A DNA stretch of 64,000 nt from Octopus vulgaris (taxonomy: Eukaryota): positions 38,998,001 to 39,062,000 of the forward strand of contig OX597821.1 of assembly GCA_951406725.2 (NCBI GenBank). Direction: 5' to 3'. Shown piece after piece: positions 39,351 through 51,250 of this stretch; position 1 is the first letter of the stretch; every line of letters begins with the position of its first letter. The notes beneath the pieces are model-generated. The model worked only from the letters and a program-made list of their open reading frames with translations. It did not search any database and was not told the origin of the DNA. A program made the translations under genes and the position numbers.

Positions 39351-39994
39351 CTGTCTCTATGTTCTGAGTTCAAATTCTACCAAGGTCGACTTTGACTTTC
39401 TTCCTTTCTGAGTTGATAAATTAACAACCAGTTGTGCACTTGAGTCAATGTAACTGGCTTCTCCCTCCCCTCAAAATAACTGGGTTTATTAGGACTAATA
39501 TTCTATATTTGATTTTAGTAATGTGAACGCATTTTATTTCTTGCATCAAATCACCATCTATCCTTACATTACCAAATGAAATTACTCATCAGAGAACTTT
39601 GAAAAAGAAGTATAAATGTTTAAGAAGGGGTTGTTGCTAATTCATGTTTCTGACAAGAAGAAAAAGAGGTTTGATGTATAAATTTTGAAAATTCTATTTT
39701 CACTCATGAGATTTTTCATATCAAAATGGCTACTATACATAATTCTGCCACAAGTTTAAACATGTCAATAATTAGGCAAAAAAGGTTTATGTCAGGGTTT
39801 ATTTCCTTTAACTTTCTTTATCTCTTTTTAGTTATTGTATACCTAATTGTAACTTTTACTTTTGATGAGTTGTAGTGCACCTGAACACTGCATACATTAA
39901 GTTCATCATTATATAATTATTTATTTTTATACAAATATGTGTATATGTGTACTTATATATATATACACACAAATACATATATATGTATATGTGT

Positions 39995-40315
39995 TGGGCC
40001 TCACGGAGGGAAAGTGGGTGAGCTCCTTTCATGTGTTGGGCTTCATGGAGGCAATGAGCGAGACTTTTGGCATTATGTCATGCTTGAGAAGAAGACCCAT
40101 CAAGCTGAGCAAAATTGCAGTCATGACAGATACCGGTGTCACACAAATGGTACCTGCCCATGCTGGTAACACGTAAAAGCACCCATTACACTCTCAGAGT
40201 GGTTGGCATTAGGAAGATCCTGGTGCAGCCTTCCATTTTACCAGCCCTGATCAAACTATCCAACCCACACCAGCATGGACAACAGATGTTAAATGATGAT
40301 AATAATGATGATGAT
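39995..40315 (+). mobile_element. Degenerate RTE 3' end with (GAT)n tail
   Basis: Homologous to the C-terminus and UTR of 10696-11603. Confidence 0.65.
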
Positions 40316-40808
40316 ATATATGTGTGTGTGTGCACATATAACTATGTGTGTGCTTGTGTGTGCTCCTTTAAAAGGTCAATGCATCTTTCCACATATTGTA
40401 TAATGTCTATCACACTCACACTTTGTATTTCCAAGTCGTCCATATTCGTTTGTTTTTCTTTTGATGTAATCTCTAGTGAAATTTTCATACTCTTTGAGCC
40501 CTTGTGGCTAATAAAGGAAAAAAAAGTGATTATTATTATTAGTAGTAGTATTGTAATTATTTTCCAACTGATTTGTATTTTATTTCATCTTCCGACTGGG
40601 TCTCAACCATAGACCTAAGGTACGTGCATATTAGATGGAAAGAAACTTCCTAAGAAGGTGCACAGTTGATGTCAACACAATTTCTTGAGTCTCTCAGGAA
40701 TCTGATCAAAAAATTTCTCACTACCATTCCTAATAATTCCCAGGGTACACACAACAGAAGAAATGGTTTTGGTTTTTAATTGTCATGTCCTAGACATAAC
40801 AATCTCAC

Positions 40809-40839
<31 letters not shown>

Positions 40840-41103
40840 TGTTATTATTATTATTATCATCATCTGTCAAACATCAATACCTAATGGTATTTCTTAAGGC
40901 TCCTTATGTTCTGAGTTCAAATCCTGCTCAGGTCAACATTGCCTTTCAATCTTTGGAGGTCAATAAAATAAAATACCAGTCATGTACTGGGGTTGATCTA
41001 ATCTACTTAGCCAACCCTCTCAAAATTGCTGACCTTATGCCAAAATTAGTGAGAATTATTATTAATATTATATTAACTAGAGATGGAAAGAAAGAGATAC
41101 CAG

Positions 41104-41156
<53 letters not shown>

Positions 41157-41164
41157 GCACACAC

Positions 41165-41199
<35 letters not shown>

Positions 41200-42670
41200 T
41201 ATACATATAACACATATAGATACATATGTAGGTATATGTATTTATATCTGTCAATGAGTATGTAAACTTGTATATAAGTTTTTGAGAAACCTTTAATTAT
41301 CTAAACATACATCCGCATACTATATCATGTAAGAAGAGAAAAATATAACAATTGTAATTTTAAAAATCAAAACCTAAATAATCTCTTTCAGGAAAGACAG
41401 GAACTAAACAAATAAAATTGGGAAAAAATATAGAATATCAAGAAAGTTTTAAGGAAGGAAAGTAAATCAACAAAACAACGAAAGTTAAGATGTTGTGGAA
41501 TTGAATTTTGTCTGGTGGTGATATTGATGATAATAACAATAACAACAACAACAACAACAACAACAACAATAGTAATAATAATGATGATGATGATGATTAT
41601 TGCAATAATAATGATGAGGAACATGATGATGGTATTATGTCAACAAACTTTCATTGATTCTACTGTCTTGTGTATTGTTACAGACAATATAACCAAACTC
41701 AGTACTGTCTTTCCTTTAGATAATAGTCAGAGAATTTAAAGAAAGATATGTATGGGTATGAATATATATATATATGTAAACATGTGTGTATGTGTGCATG
41801 TACATATACATATACTCACACACACAACGTACACAAATTGAAAAAAATATATCTCCACTCCTCAGGCAATATACATACTTATATGATTCCATACACACAC
41901 ATACACACGTGTGTGCACACACACATATATAGAATTTTTTTCTTTTCAAACTCACAACAAATAATTTACTTGACTATTATATTGGATCGACACCACCATT
42001 TCCATATAATCTATGTGTTTTACCTTCTTTCCTAGCTCTACTACATCTTTTCCATCATTGGTTCCTTTCCCTATGCAACAACACCATCTTGCTATATAAT
42101 CAACATTGTTAGCACCAACTTTGTCATCATTATTTTCCCCTTAATACTCTTGAGTTCTCTATTATTTCTCATTAATGAAATCTGCTATATTTTGCTGGTT
42201 CCATGACCCTGAATCACCAAACACAACAAATCATGGGATTTTTACTTAGATTATTTAATTTTAATGTTGTTCCAACTTGTTTTCTATATACATGTGTATA
42301 CGTATGTACGTATCTATGTGTGGTTCCAGAAGATAGAAGACAGCATTCTTTTTTTTTCTGTGTGTGTGTGTGTTTGTATTTTTCCTCCCAATGTATTGTA
42401 ATACTGGTTTGAGTTTGTTTTTAAATAAACAGATAAGAAAGAAAAAACCTACACAGATACTGAGTGAAAGGAATCCCAAGATGTGTCTATCAGCATTTTT
42501 ATTGTTATTAATTTTGTAGTTTGGTGGAGAAGTGGAGTAGCATTGGTGGCTTAATATCACCTATCTCAAGGCTGCTCCAACCTGATATATATGTATATAC
42601 ATATATGTATATGTGTACATATGTATGTGTATATACACACACACACACATATGTATGTATGTAAGAATGA

Positions 42671-42704
<34 letters not shown>

Positions 42705-42729
42705 GAGAGAGAGGAGAGAGAGGCCCATG

Positions 42730-43035
42730 TATGGCTGTGTTGTAAGAAGTTTGCTTCTGAACCACATGGTTCCAGCTTCAATCCCACTGCATATTTCCTT
42801 GGGCAACCTTTTTCCTAAAGTCCCAGCCTGGCCAAAGCTTTTTAAGTGAATTTCATAAAAAGAAACTGAAAGAAGCCCATTACACAAACACACTCACATA
42901 CAATGGGTTTTGCTCTGTTTCTAACTCCAAAATTCTTTTACAAGCCATTTGTTGACCTGGCGCTATAATAAAAGACATTGGCTCATACTGAACTAAAAAC
43001 AATATGGCTAGTGGGTGGATTACTTAATCATACAG
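42730..43035. mobile_element. Two family B SINE heads in opposite orientation
   Basis: About 42730-42885 plus, about 42900-43035 minus; both diverged. Confidence 0.6.
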
Positions 43036-43050
43036 CTAATACAGGATCTC

Positions 43051-43115
<65 letters not shown>

Positions 43116-43168
43116 TACATATATACACACATATACATACATATACATATATATATACACACATGTAG

Positions 43169-43208
<40 letters not shown>

Positions 43209-43354
43209 CTTTTAAATTTGTCTACGGGGAAACGTTTTGAATATGCAAATAAAGCTCCCATTCCTTTATGCTGGCCACAGTTCAATGATGCTGACTGGTG
43301 GACCAATTTTGAGGGTTGCCTCGAGCTGTACCGATATAATGTAGGATAAATTTG

Positions 43355-43777
43355 ATAATAACAATCATCCTTGGATAGAATTTATAAACTTTTAATGCAT
43401 CACTACGCACGTTTCCACAAACCACATGTCTCTTAAGATCCTAGTCTGTATTCCTGGGATGATTACTGTCTAGTCTGTAGTATCTGTGGGTGTCGGGTTG
43501 GTCATCTTCATGGATTCATTTCTTCAGGTGATATAACATTAACGGATGTTCAACAGAGGGATGCTTATCCCTTTTTACCAGTGAGAAGATTGATTGAGAT
43601 ATAAATATATCCCAATTAAACATCCATTAATGATATATCGCCTGAAGAAATGAATCCATGAAGATGATCGACTGATAGAATAAGAACTGTGATCTTAAGA
43701 CACATGTGATTAGTGGAAACGTGCATAGTGATGCATTGAATGTTTATAAATTCCATCCAAGGATTATTGTCATTATT
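43355..43777. mobile_element. Penelope-type inverted pair with hammerhead-like motifs on both arms
   Basis: 43355-43550 is inverted at 43618-43777; each arm has ATCRC-CTGAAGA...GAAACGTGCRTA-GTGAT. Confidence 0.7.
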
Positions 43778-43842
43778 ACTATATATACATACATGTGTGT
43801 GTGTATAAATATATATATACACACATGTATATCTGTGTGTGT

Positions 43843-43898
<56 letters not shown>

Positions 43899-44541
43899 GT
43901 ATATCTGTGTGTGTGTATACATATATATATATACATACATGCCCTTTAAATTTGATTCCCCTTTATACACAATGTTCAATTCTCACTAATATTACACATC
44001 TGGTGCAGTATACTTTGTAGATATTCTTCATAGCATTTGCTCTCCACTTGAAAAGAGAATATTTTTTTTACCAGCAGAGATATCTCCTTTGACTTTTTCA
44101 CCCTGCTGTTACTCTGGCTATAAAGCTTTCAGAACAACCATCTCCACTGATAATTAAATCGCCTGGCTTAGCAAGAGATTGTCTACTAATTCTTGTGTGA
44201 CTCCTGCATATTGGAAGGTATTCATTCCATGGTTGCTTTCAGTGTTAACTTCTCCTGTACATTTGCCTGCTACATACAAACCCCTTCTCTGTTAACTTGC
44301 TTGTGATCTCTCTCTGTGCTTCCAGTACTCTAGTACTTTGTATTGGTTCCCATCAACTTTTTGTTGCCATATCAAAAATGTTTTGTCAAATGGGTCATAT
44401 CAAACATGTCCTCTTTCTGTCTTTCTCCAGTTGAAACTTTTTGGTTTGCTAGATTTACCTTCAAATTTCTTTAGTGTAGGCTTTGAATCCATCTTTGAAA
44501 TATCTTCTTTGATTCTTTGATAGATTCAGGTATGAGAACTA

Positions 44542-45803
44542 TCAGGTTGAGTAAAAAGTAAGCAATGTTTTGAACCATGAAGAATTTGTACCAGATTTTT
44601 GCAGAGTTTTGAATCTTTTTTAAAAATTTTTTTGCAATTGTCTGATAATGCAGACATAGACTTGCCCAAATGCATCAATAAATTAACATTGTTTTTTTTT
44701 CCCACCGTTGTTACAATCATCTGAAATGGAACTATCAAAGTGCAATATTCGAGCAATTTTACTATTCAACTTCAAAAATGAATCCATTGCTCACAATATC
44801 AACAAAACATTTGGTGAGGAAATGACCAGTGAGTGGTCAGCTCGAAAATGGTTTAAATGATTTCGCAGTGGAAATCTGAGCTTTGAAGATCGTGAGCATA
44901 GTGGACGTTCATCTGTCATTGATGAAAGTCAGTTAAAGACTGTCATTGAGAAAGATCCATGTAAAACCACTCACAACTGGCAAAAGAACTTCATGTTTGC
45001 CAGTAAACTGCCTTCAAACATTTGCATGTGATTGGAAAATATAAGCTCTAGAAACGGGTACCACACGATTTGAATGAAAATCAGAAAATGCGCAGATATG
45101 AAGTTTGCTCGTTGCTTCTTCTCCATAACCAGACTGATCCATTTCTTGACCGTATTGTAACTTGCAATGAAAAGTGGATTCTGTACAATAATGAAAAACT
45201 TTCTTTGCAGTGGTTGGACAAAAATGAAGCACCAAAAACCTTCCCTAAACCTGAGCTCTTCAAAAAAAAAAAAAAAGGTTACAATGACTCTTTGGTGGTG
45301 TACTGCTGGACTCAACCCCTATAACTTCTTAAAAGCTGGTAAAACCATTGCTGCAGAAACATATTGCCATGAAATTTCTAAAATGAACAAAAAACTGCTA
45401 CTCGTCTCTCTCAGACTGGTCAATAGAAGAGGGCCGATCATTCTTTATGACAATGCTTGACCACACATTTCATTAATGATGCTCCAGAAATTGAAGAAAT
45501 TTGACTATGAAGTTCTTACCCACTCAGCTTATTCCCAAGACCTTTCTCCTAATGACTACCACTTTGATGGTTTCCTGCAAGAGAAGGAGTTTAAAAATCA
45601 AACTGATGCTGAAAGTGCATTCAAAGAGTTCATCAACTCCAGAACTCCAGATATTTATTTTACCAGAATAAACAAACTTGTAATTGATTGGCAAAGATGT
45701 ATTGATTGTAATGATACTTACTCTGATGAAATTTCTGCATTGTTGAAATATATTTCGATGAATTTCATGTTTCAAAACATTGCTTACTTTTAACTGAGCT
45801 TGA
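44542..45803 (+). mobile_element. Full-length mariner (DD34D, Hsmar1/cecropia-like), inactive
   Basis: About 40-bp imperfect TIRs (TCAGGTTGAGTAAAAAGTAAGCAATGTTTTGAA... / ...TTCAAAACATTGCTTACTTTTAACTGAGCTTGA), TA TSD, 1262 bp. Confidence 0.93.
44726..45730 (+). pseudogene. Mariner transposase pseudogene
   Basis: FLDRIVTCNEKWILYNN, GPIILYDNA*PH, HSAYSQDLSPNDYHF, WQRCIDCN; 34 residues between second and third D; stops and frameshifts. Confidence 0.92.
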
Positions 45804-46326
45804 TAGGCCATTAGCAAACAGAAATTCCAACAGAATATGGTTGAGAATCAAACTCTGGTAGACATCTTGCAAATCATTGCTCTCTCAGCTTGCTGACTAC
45901 ATCTCTCCACATAGCTTGTACGCCTCTTACAATCCATTCTTTTACATCTTATATAGTGGTTTGCTCTTAGCTAAAGATTACCCCTAAAGTTACCCCACTA
46001 GAAAGAGGACTTTAGTGAACCCCTCATCCTGGAACACATTCAAACTGCATCTCATGTAATCTAATTCTCTTCCTAATCAACTATGCTATAAATTTGTTAC
46101 TTTCATAACTTGGTCTATTATTTCAGTGCTTCTTCTGGGAACACCTTTGCTCTTGTACCAGATGGTGATGATATTGCTACTCCAGTCATTAGGTATGACT
46201 TTCCCTTCTACCACCCAAATGAGGGCAACTGTGCTGTTACCATTCCCTTCACAGTTCCCTGAATGTCAGGATATCCACTGACATTTCCCAATGCAGTTAC
46301 TCACCACTCACAAGGATTCGTATGTA

Positions 46327-46761
46327 CAGGTTGTTGTTGACTTACGATCTATCCAACTTACGACCGATTGACTTTATGATGATTGGCACACCAGCTTCCG
46401 GCAGCCATAATAAATAATCCAGTTGAAATCTAATGGGTTTAATTTCTTTGAAATTAACCCATCTACGGATGATGTCAGCTAACAAATGCTTCCCCTAGGT
46501 TTGGTTATCAATCGCCACTGTGTTGGATGACTATCCTGTTGCAGAGACATAGAGGCCACCTCGTATTTGTTTATAAGACGACTGCTTGAGACGCCAAAAT
46601 CTTTTACTAATGCCAGTATAATAGTATAAAAACAGTATGCTTTGTGTGACTTTTACCTGAAAGTATACCTTAAGAATGTAAAAATATAAAACAAAGCTAT
46701 GTAAGCCTATAGGCCAACTTAGGACCAAATTGATTTATGGTTGTAAGTCGACAAATACCTG
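46327..46761. mobile_element. Tigger/pogo-like MITE
   Basis: Imperfect TIRs CAGGTTGTTGTTGACTTACGA / TTGTAAGTCGACAAATACCTG, TA on both sides, subterminal ACTTACGA repeats. Confidence 0.75.
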
Positions 46762-47355
46762 TATGTACTTTGTCCATGTGCAATTGGGTTGTGGCTCTCT
46801 GTCATCTTATCTCTAGTACACAGCCCACATCTACATAGCTCCATTCTAGCACCTCTACAGTCTCACCAGACCAACTTTAAAGAAGCTGACATTAATAGTG
46901 GTCACACTGATAATTTGTTTCCACCTGAGAGGACAAGGAGATTTTTCAAGAGGTTTATAGATTGCTTCATATTTTGGGAGTTTGACACAAAGTAGACCAA
47001 TGTAATAAGTATCAAATTTAATTTGATTGACTAATCCGATCAAGACAGCTCCAGCATGGCCACAAACAGAACCTGAAACCAGTAAAAGTAAATTCTTAAA
47101 GTAATTCCTTATATTCTTCATTAAGCAAACAAGAAATCGTTTCACATCAGTGTTGTTGTTGCTGTTGTTGTATGAATGTGTCAGCTCAGCTTTAATAAAA
47201 CAAACCTGTAGTGATGCACTCCAGCCATGACCAACTTGCCTTATTTTTTAAAGTGTATTTAGAAATACAGTTCTATATTTAAGAGATGAGAAATTATGTA
47301 CATTATTTACATTATTTACATTTGATGGATATTTGTCCTCATCTTATTTGTTGTT

Positions 47356-47401
47356 AACACAACGTTTCTGCTGATACACCCTTCAGCCTTCATCAGGTGT
47401 C
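47356..47401 (-). ncRNA. Minimal type I hammerhead ribozyme motif, core intact
   Basis: Minus: GACAC-CTGATGA-A-GGCTGA agggtgta TCAGCa-GAAA-CG-TT-GTGTT; palindromic stem III ACGT, GUU site; stem II closing pair mismatched. Confidence 0.75.
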
Positions 47402-47705
47402 TTGGAGAAATTTCAAACCTGGGTTCTCATTCCTAAGGTATTTTTCGTCATCGTCGATGATGTCATCGGTGTTGGTGTTGTCATAGTCATTGTTCAGGTC
47501 ACTGCCTGGAATCAAACTTGGAATCTTGGGGTTAGTAGCTCGCACTCTTAACCACTACGCCATATGTCCATGGTTAAGAGCACGGGCTACTAACCCCAAG
47601 ATTTCAAGTTCAATTCCATAATAATAATAATGATAATAATAATAATAATATAATAACATCGAAAATTACCTTAGGAATGAGAACCCAGGTTCAAAATTTC
47701 CCCAA

Positions 47706-47751
47706 GACACCTAATGAAGGCTGGAGGATATATCAGCTGAAACATTGTGTT
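47706..47751 (+). ncRNA. Minimal hammerhead motif (decayed copy)
   Basis: GACAC-CTaATGA-A-GGCTGG...TCAGCT-GAAA-Ca-TT-GTGTT. Confidence 0.6.
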
Positions 47752-48022
47752 AACGGCAAACAAGATGAGGACAAATATCCATCAAATGTAAATAATGTAT
47801 TTAGAAATGTCTTATCCACTGAATCTTCCTTTTATTAAGATAGTAGGGTAGGTTTTGAGGTAGATTTAGCTGCTATTTCTACCAGGCCAACTGAATAATG
47901 ATAACAGTTGTTATTTAGCTGTTGGTCTACTGCGATTTAATAGAAACATGATCAAATATATTCCCAGTTATGACCACCTCATCCAGTTAGGATAATATAA
48001 ACTGCTTTATTTAATGTAGTCT

Positions 48023-48380
48023 AAAGACAGTGAGCTGACAGAATTCTTGGCACACCAGGCAAAAATAATTAATGGCATTTCATCCATTCTGAATTCAAAT
48101 TCTGCCAAGGTCAACCTTGCCTTTCATCCTTGTGGGGTTGATAAAAAATGTATCAGTTGAGTGCTGGGGGTTGATGATACTGACGCAGTCTCTCTACCCT
48201 GGAATTGCTGGCCTTGTGCCAGAATTTCAAACCAATATTTTGGTCCAATTCTAAGGCAGTGAGTCAGTTGAATCATTAGCAAACCAGGCAAAATGATTAG
48301 TGACATTTTGTTCTTCTTTATTTTCTGAGTTCAAATTCTGCCAAGGTCAACTTTGCTTTTCATCCTTTTAGGATCGATAA
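48023..48380 (+). mobile_element. Two tandem family A SINEs
   Basis: About 48023-48237 and 48252-48380. Confidence 0.75.
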
Positions 48381-48589
48381 AAAATGCCTCGCAGTATTTG
48401 TTTGGGCTCTTTATGTCTATACCCAGACCTATTCCCCATTTGTTTTAGGTGATGGTTGCCACAACAAGATACACACCAGACATTCCATTCATTTCTCAGC
48501 TCAAAGGTGCGATCCCTGTCCTATGCTCGGGTCAAGGCATAGAACGCAACCCCCAATATCAGCAACGGGGCCTGACAGCATATGCTGGT

Positions 48590-49190
48590 TTACCCCCACC
48601 GCATCATGCTGATTTCATACCCCTTTGAACAGCATCAAAATTCACTCATCCGTCCACAAACACTCTCCAAGCTTTCCTATCATTTATAAACACCTCTAAC
48701 CACCAAAGCTTTCCTCACTCCATCCATTCGCACAAACCAAGGTCTGCCTCTAGTTCTGCTGCCTACCACTTTGGCCTTCATCACTGCTCCTCATCCATCG
48801 TCTCTATGTGGCCAAACCACCTCAACATTTGTCTATCCAATTTGGTTGTTAGTTTTGTTCTCATTTCTGCTTGTCTTCACACCTCTTCATTCCTCATCCT
48901 GTCCATCTGTGTCACACCAGCTACAGCTCTCAGACATCTCATCTCAAACACATTCCATCTCTCAAACATCTTCATTACCTTACTCTTAGCTACTTTCACT
49001 TTCAGTTTCCTCCTCTCACGCATCTCTTCCAAACTCTACCACCAGTCTCCTCAGTTGCTCTTCCGCATCTGCCACCAGTGCTGTATCATCAGCAAACAAC
49101 TGACTCACCTGCCAATTCTCTCCATTTTCTCCCATTGTTTGGGCTCCTCTACCAAAGGTTCAAGCATTTGCCTCTCTCATCACACTTGGC
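48590..49190 (-). mobile_element. RTE-clade LINE relic (internally deleted)
   Basis: WQVSQLFADDTALVADAEEQLRRLVVEFGR, FEMRCLRAVAGVT, MLRWFGHI, VVGSRTRGRP. Confidence 0.8.
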
Positions 49191-50329
49191 AAGACGGCAA
49201 GCTCTTTATGTACAGAGATCAAATCCTGGTATGGTCAGTTTCACTTGTAATCCATTTTAGATTAATAGAATATGGCACTGGTCAAGTATTTGGGTCAGTG
49301 GGATCAACTAACTTCATCTCTTGAAAATAACTGACCTTGTGTCTTAATTAGAAGCAATTATTTAATGTAGTCTTTATATGACATGGGCAGAGTATTGAGA
49401 TTTAGTTGCTATTTCTAGCAGGACGAATACCACATAGACTCTGCCCTTATTGGCTGGTAGTGATGATAATAGTAGAAGTCAGCCATGGTTAGTCTTGTAA
49501 TTCCGGTGATAATGGCTTCAATAGTCATGGCACTGTAATAGTAGTTGTGCAAGAGTCATAGTAGTAGCAGTGGTTATAGTTGTTGTCTGTTAGTGGGTGT
49601 GGGTGGAGTGGCAACTCAAAGATTTCTTCAATCATAAAATCTATGATACAAATATGATAGCATTCAAGAATGAATACATTATCCTAGACAATATTTTTCT
49701 GTTTTTAGAAATTTATTTTGGATAATTCTATATTTTTGGTAAAATATGTATTGTTAGGTTATCCCTGTATTGATCTTAAAGTTAGTTTGGCAGTCATTAT
49801 TGTTGAAGCCATCGATTTAAACACCTCTTAAGACCTGATTGGGATATTGTAGTACTTCACAAAAATGGTAATTTTTTTGTCTAACAATCATCTGTCCCCG
49901 GGATGATTCATTAAGCATATGAGAAATTAGATAAATGAATTACTTCCTTAAAATGCTAAGAATTAATGAGTTACACTTTCAAATGAATTGTAATTATCTA
50001 CAATAAAAACATGGGAGAATAAAGGAAAATTTATGTTTTATCCTTTACACAGGAAGGAACTGCTCTGTTCCTGCCCCTTTACAGACCTTTTAACACAAGT
50101 GGGTGTGAGGAGGTACTTCCATGCTTATTGTCACAGTGGTGGGACAAAGGTTTGTCTTCACACAATTATCATCTAAACAGACTGCAGCATTTGGAATCAT
50201 GGAAGAAGTGTTCTAGTGATTGTTGTTATTGTTACTGTTGCTGTCTTCTAAATGATGTATTTGAGTGTTTGAGGCATTATCTTCTCTTGACTGTTCACTG
50301 TATTCTTCAATTATTATTTTACATTGGAA

Positions 50330-50700
50330 AATATGGAAGCACTACAAAATCAGCACTCCTGCTAACAGGTATGTGCATCACCCTGAGCTAATTGTTGAAG
50401 GTAAAAATGCTGCCATCCTCTGGAATTTTCCTGTCAACACTGACAGAACAATCCGGGCTAATTGACCAGACATAATTATGAAAGACAGGGAAGGAAATAC
50501 TTGTAGACTAAAACATATAAGTGTTCTTACTGATGAAAGTATATCTGTAAAGGAATTTGACAAATTAAGTAAATATAAGAGATGTCAGAAACATTTAGGC
50601 AACATCCCAGGAGAACCATGACTCAAGGAAATCCAGATGATTATGTTGACAAGCACTGCTCATATCCTTAGAAAAACCCCATTAAATGAATGTTTGTATT
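50330..50700 (+). mobile_element. R4/Dong-clade endonuclease relic
   Basis: AILWNFPVNTDRTIRAN*PDII...KEFDKLSKYK. Confidence 0.7.
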
Positions 50701-50869
50701 GTGTTATATGGAGGCTTTTTTCTATTGCCCCTGCCACTTCTCCTTGCCAAACTTTCAGTTATATTTCAGCATCTCTTAAACTTAGTTTGTCCTAGAGTAC
50801 CGAGTGTACCCTGGCAGATTAAAAGTAAATGACAGTGATAAAAGTAATAGTACCTACTGAAAATCTGAT

Positions 50870-51250
50870 GCACCCCAAAACACTTAAGAAGCATTGATAA
50901 AGAACAAAGAATAAACAATTGGAAAATGAAAACAATGCATGGGCAATACCTCAGAGACATCAAAAGGGAAAGAGAAGACCAACAACACCTGGAGGTGGTT
51001 CAGAAAAAAAGATCTGAAAGGATGCACTGAGGCATTGATATGCCATGCCCAGGAACAAGCTCCGAGAACTAATTACACCAACTCCCCGATAGACAAGAGC
51101 AGCAAATCGCCCCTTTGTAGGATGTGTGGCAGCAAAAATGAAGCAATCTTACATGTTGTGAGTGACTATAGCAAGCTGGCCGAAAAGCACAACAAAAGGA
51201 GGCATGGTAAGTTAGTTCACTGGAGACTGTATGAAAAGTATTGTCTAGTG
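50870..51250 (+). mobile_element. R4/Dong-clade zinc-knuckle relic
   Basis: MHGQYLR, TEALICHAQEQAPRTNY, CRMC...HVVS, RRH...HW. Confidence 0.75.

Larger units (their letters stand above)
43990..46245 (-). mobile_element. Highly degenerate RTE RT relic split by the mariner insertion
   Basis: Right part reads EGKVIPNDWSSNIITIWYKSKG, EMQF, VQAMWRDVVSK (RTE RT motifs); weaker continuation left of the mariner. Confidence 0.5.
47267..47795. mobile_element. tRNA-headed, hammerhead-bearing element, head-to-head inverted pair
   Basis: Full minus copy 47267-47570 plus forward copy 47571-47795 lacking the last about 30 nt; TGTATTTAGAAAT at 47254-47266 and 47796-47808. Confidence 0.9.
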
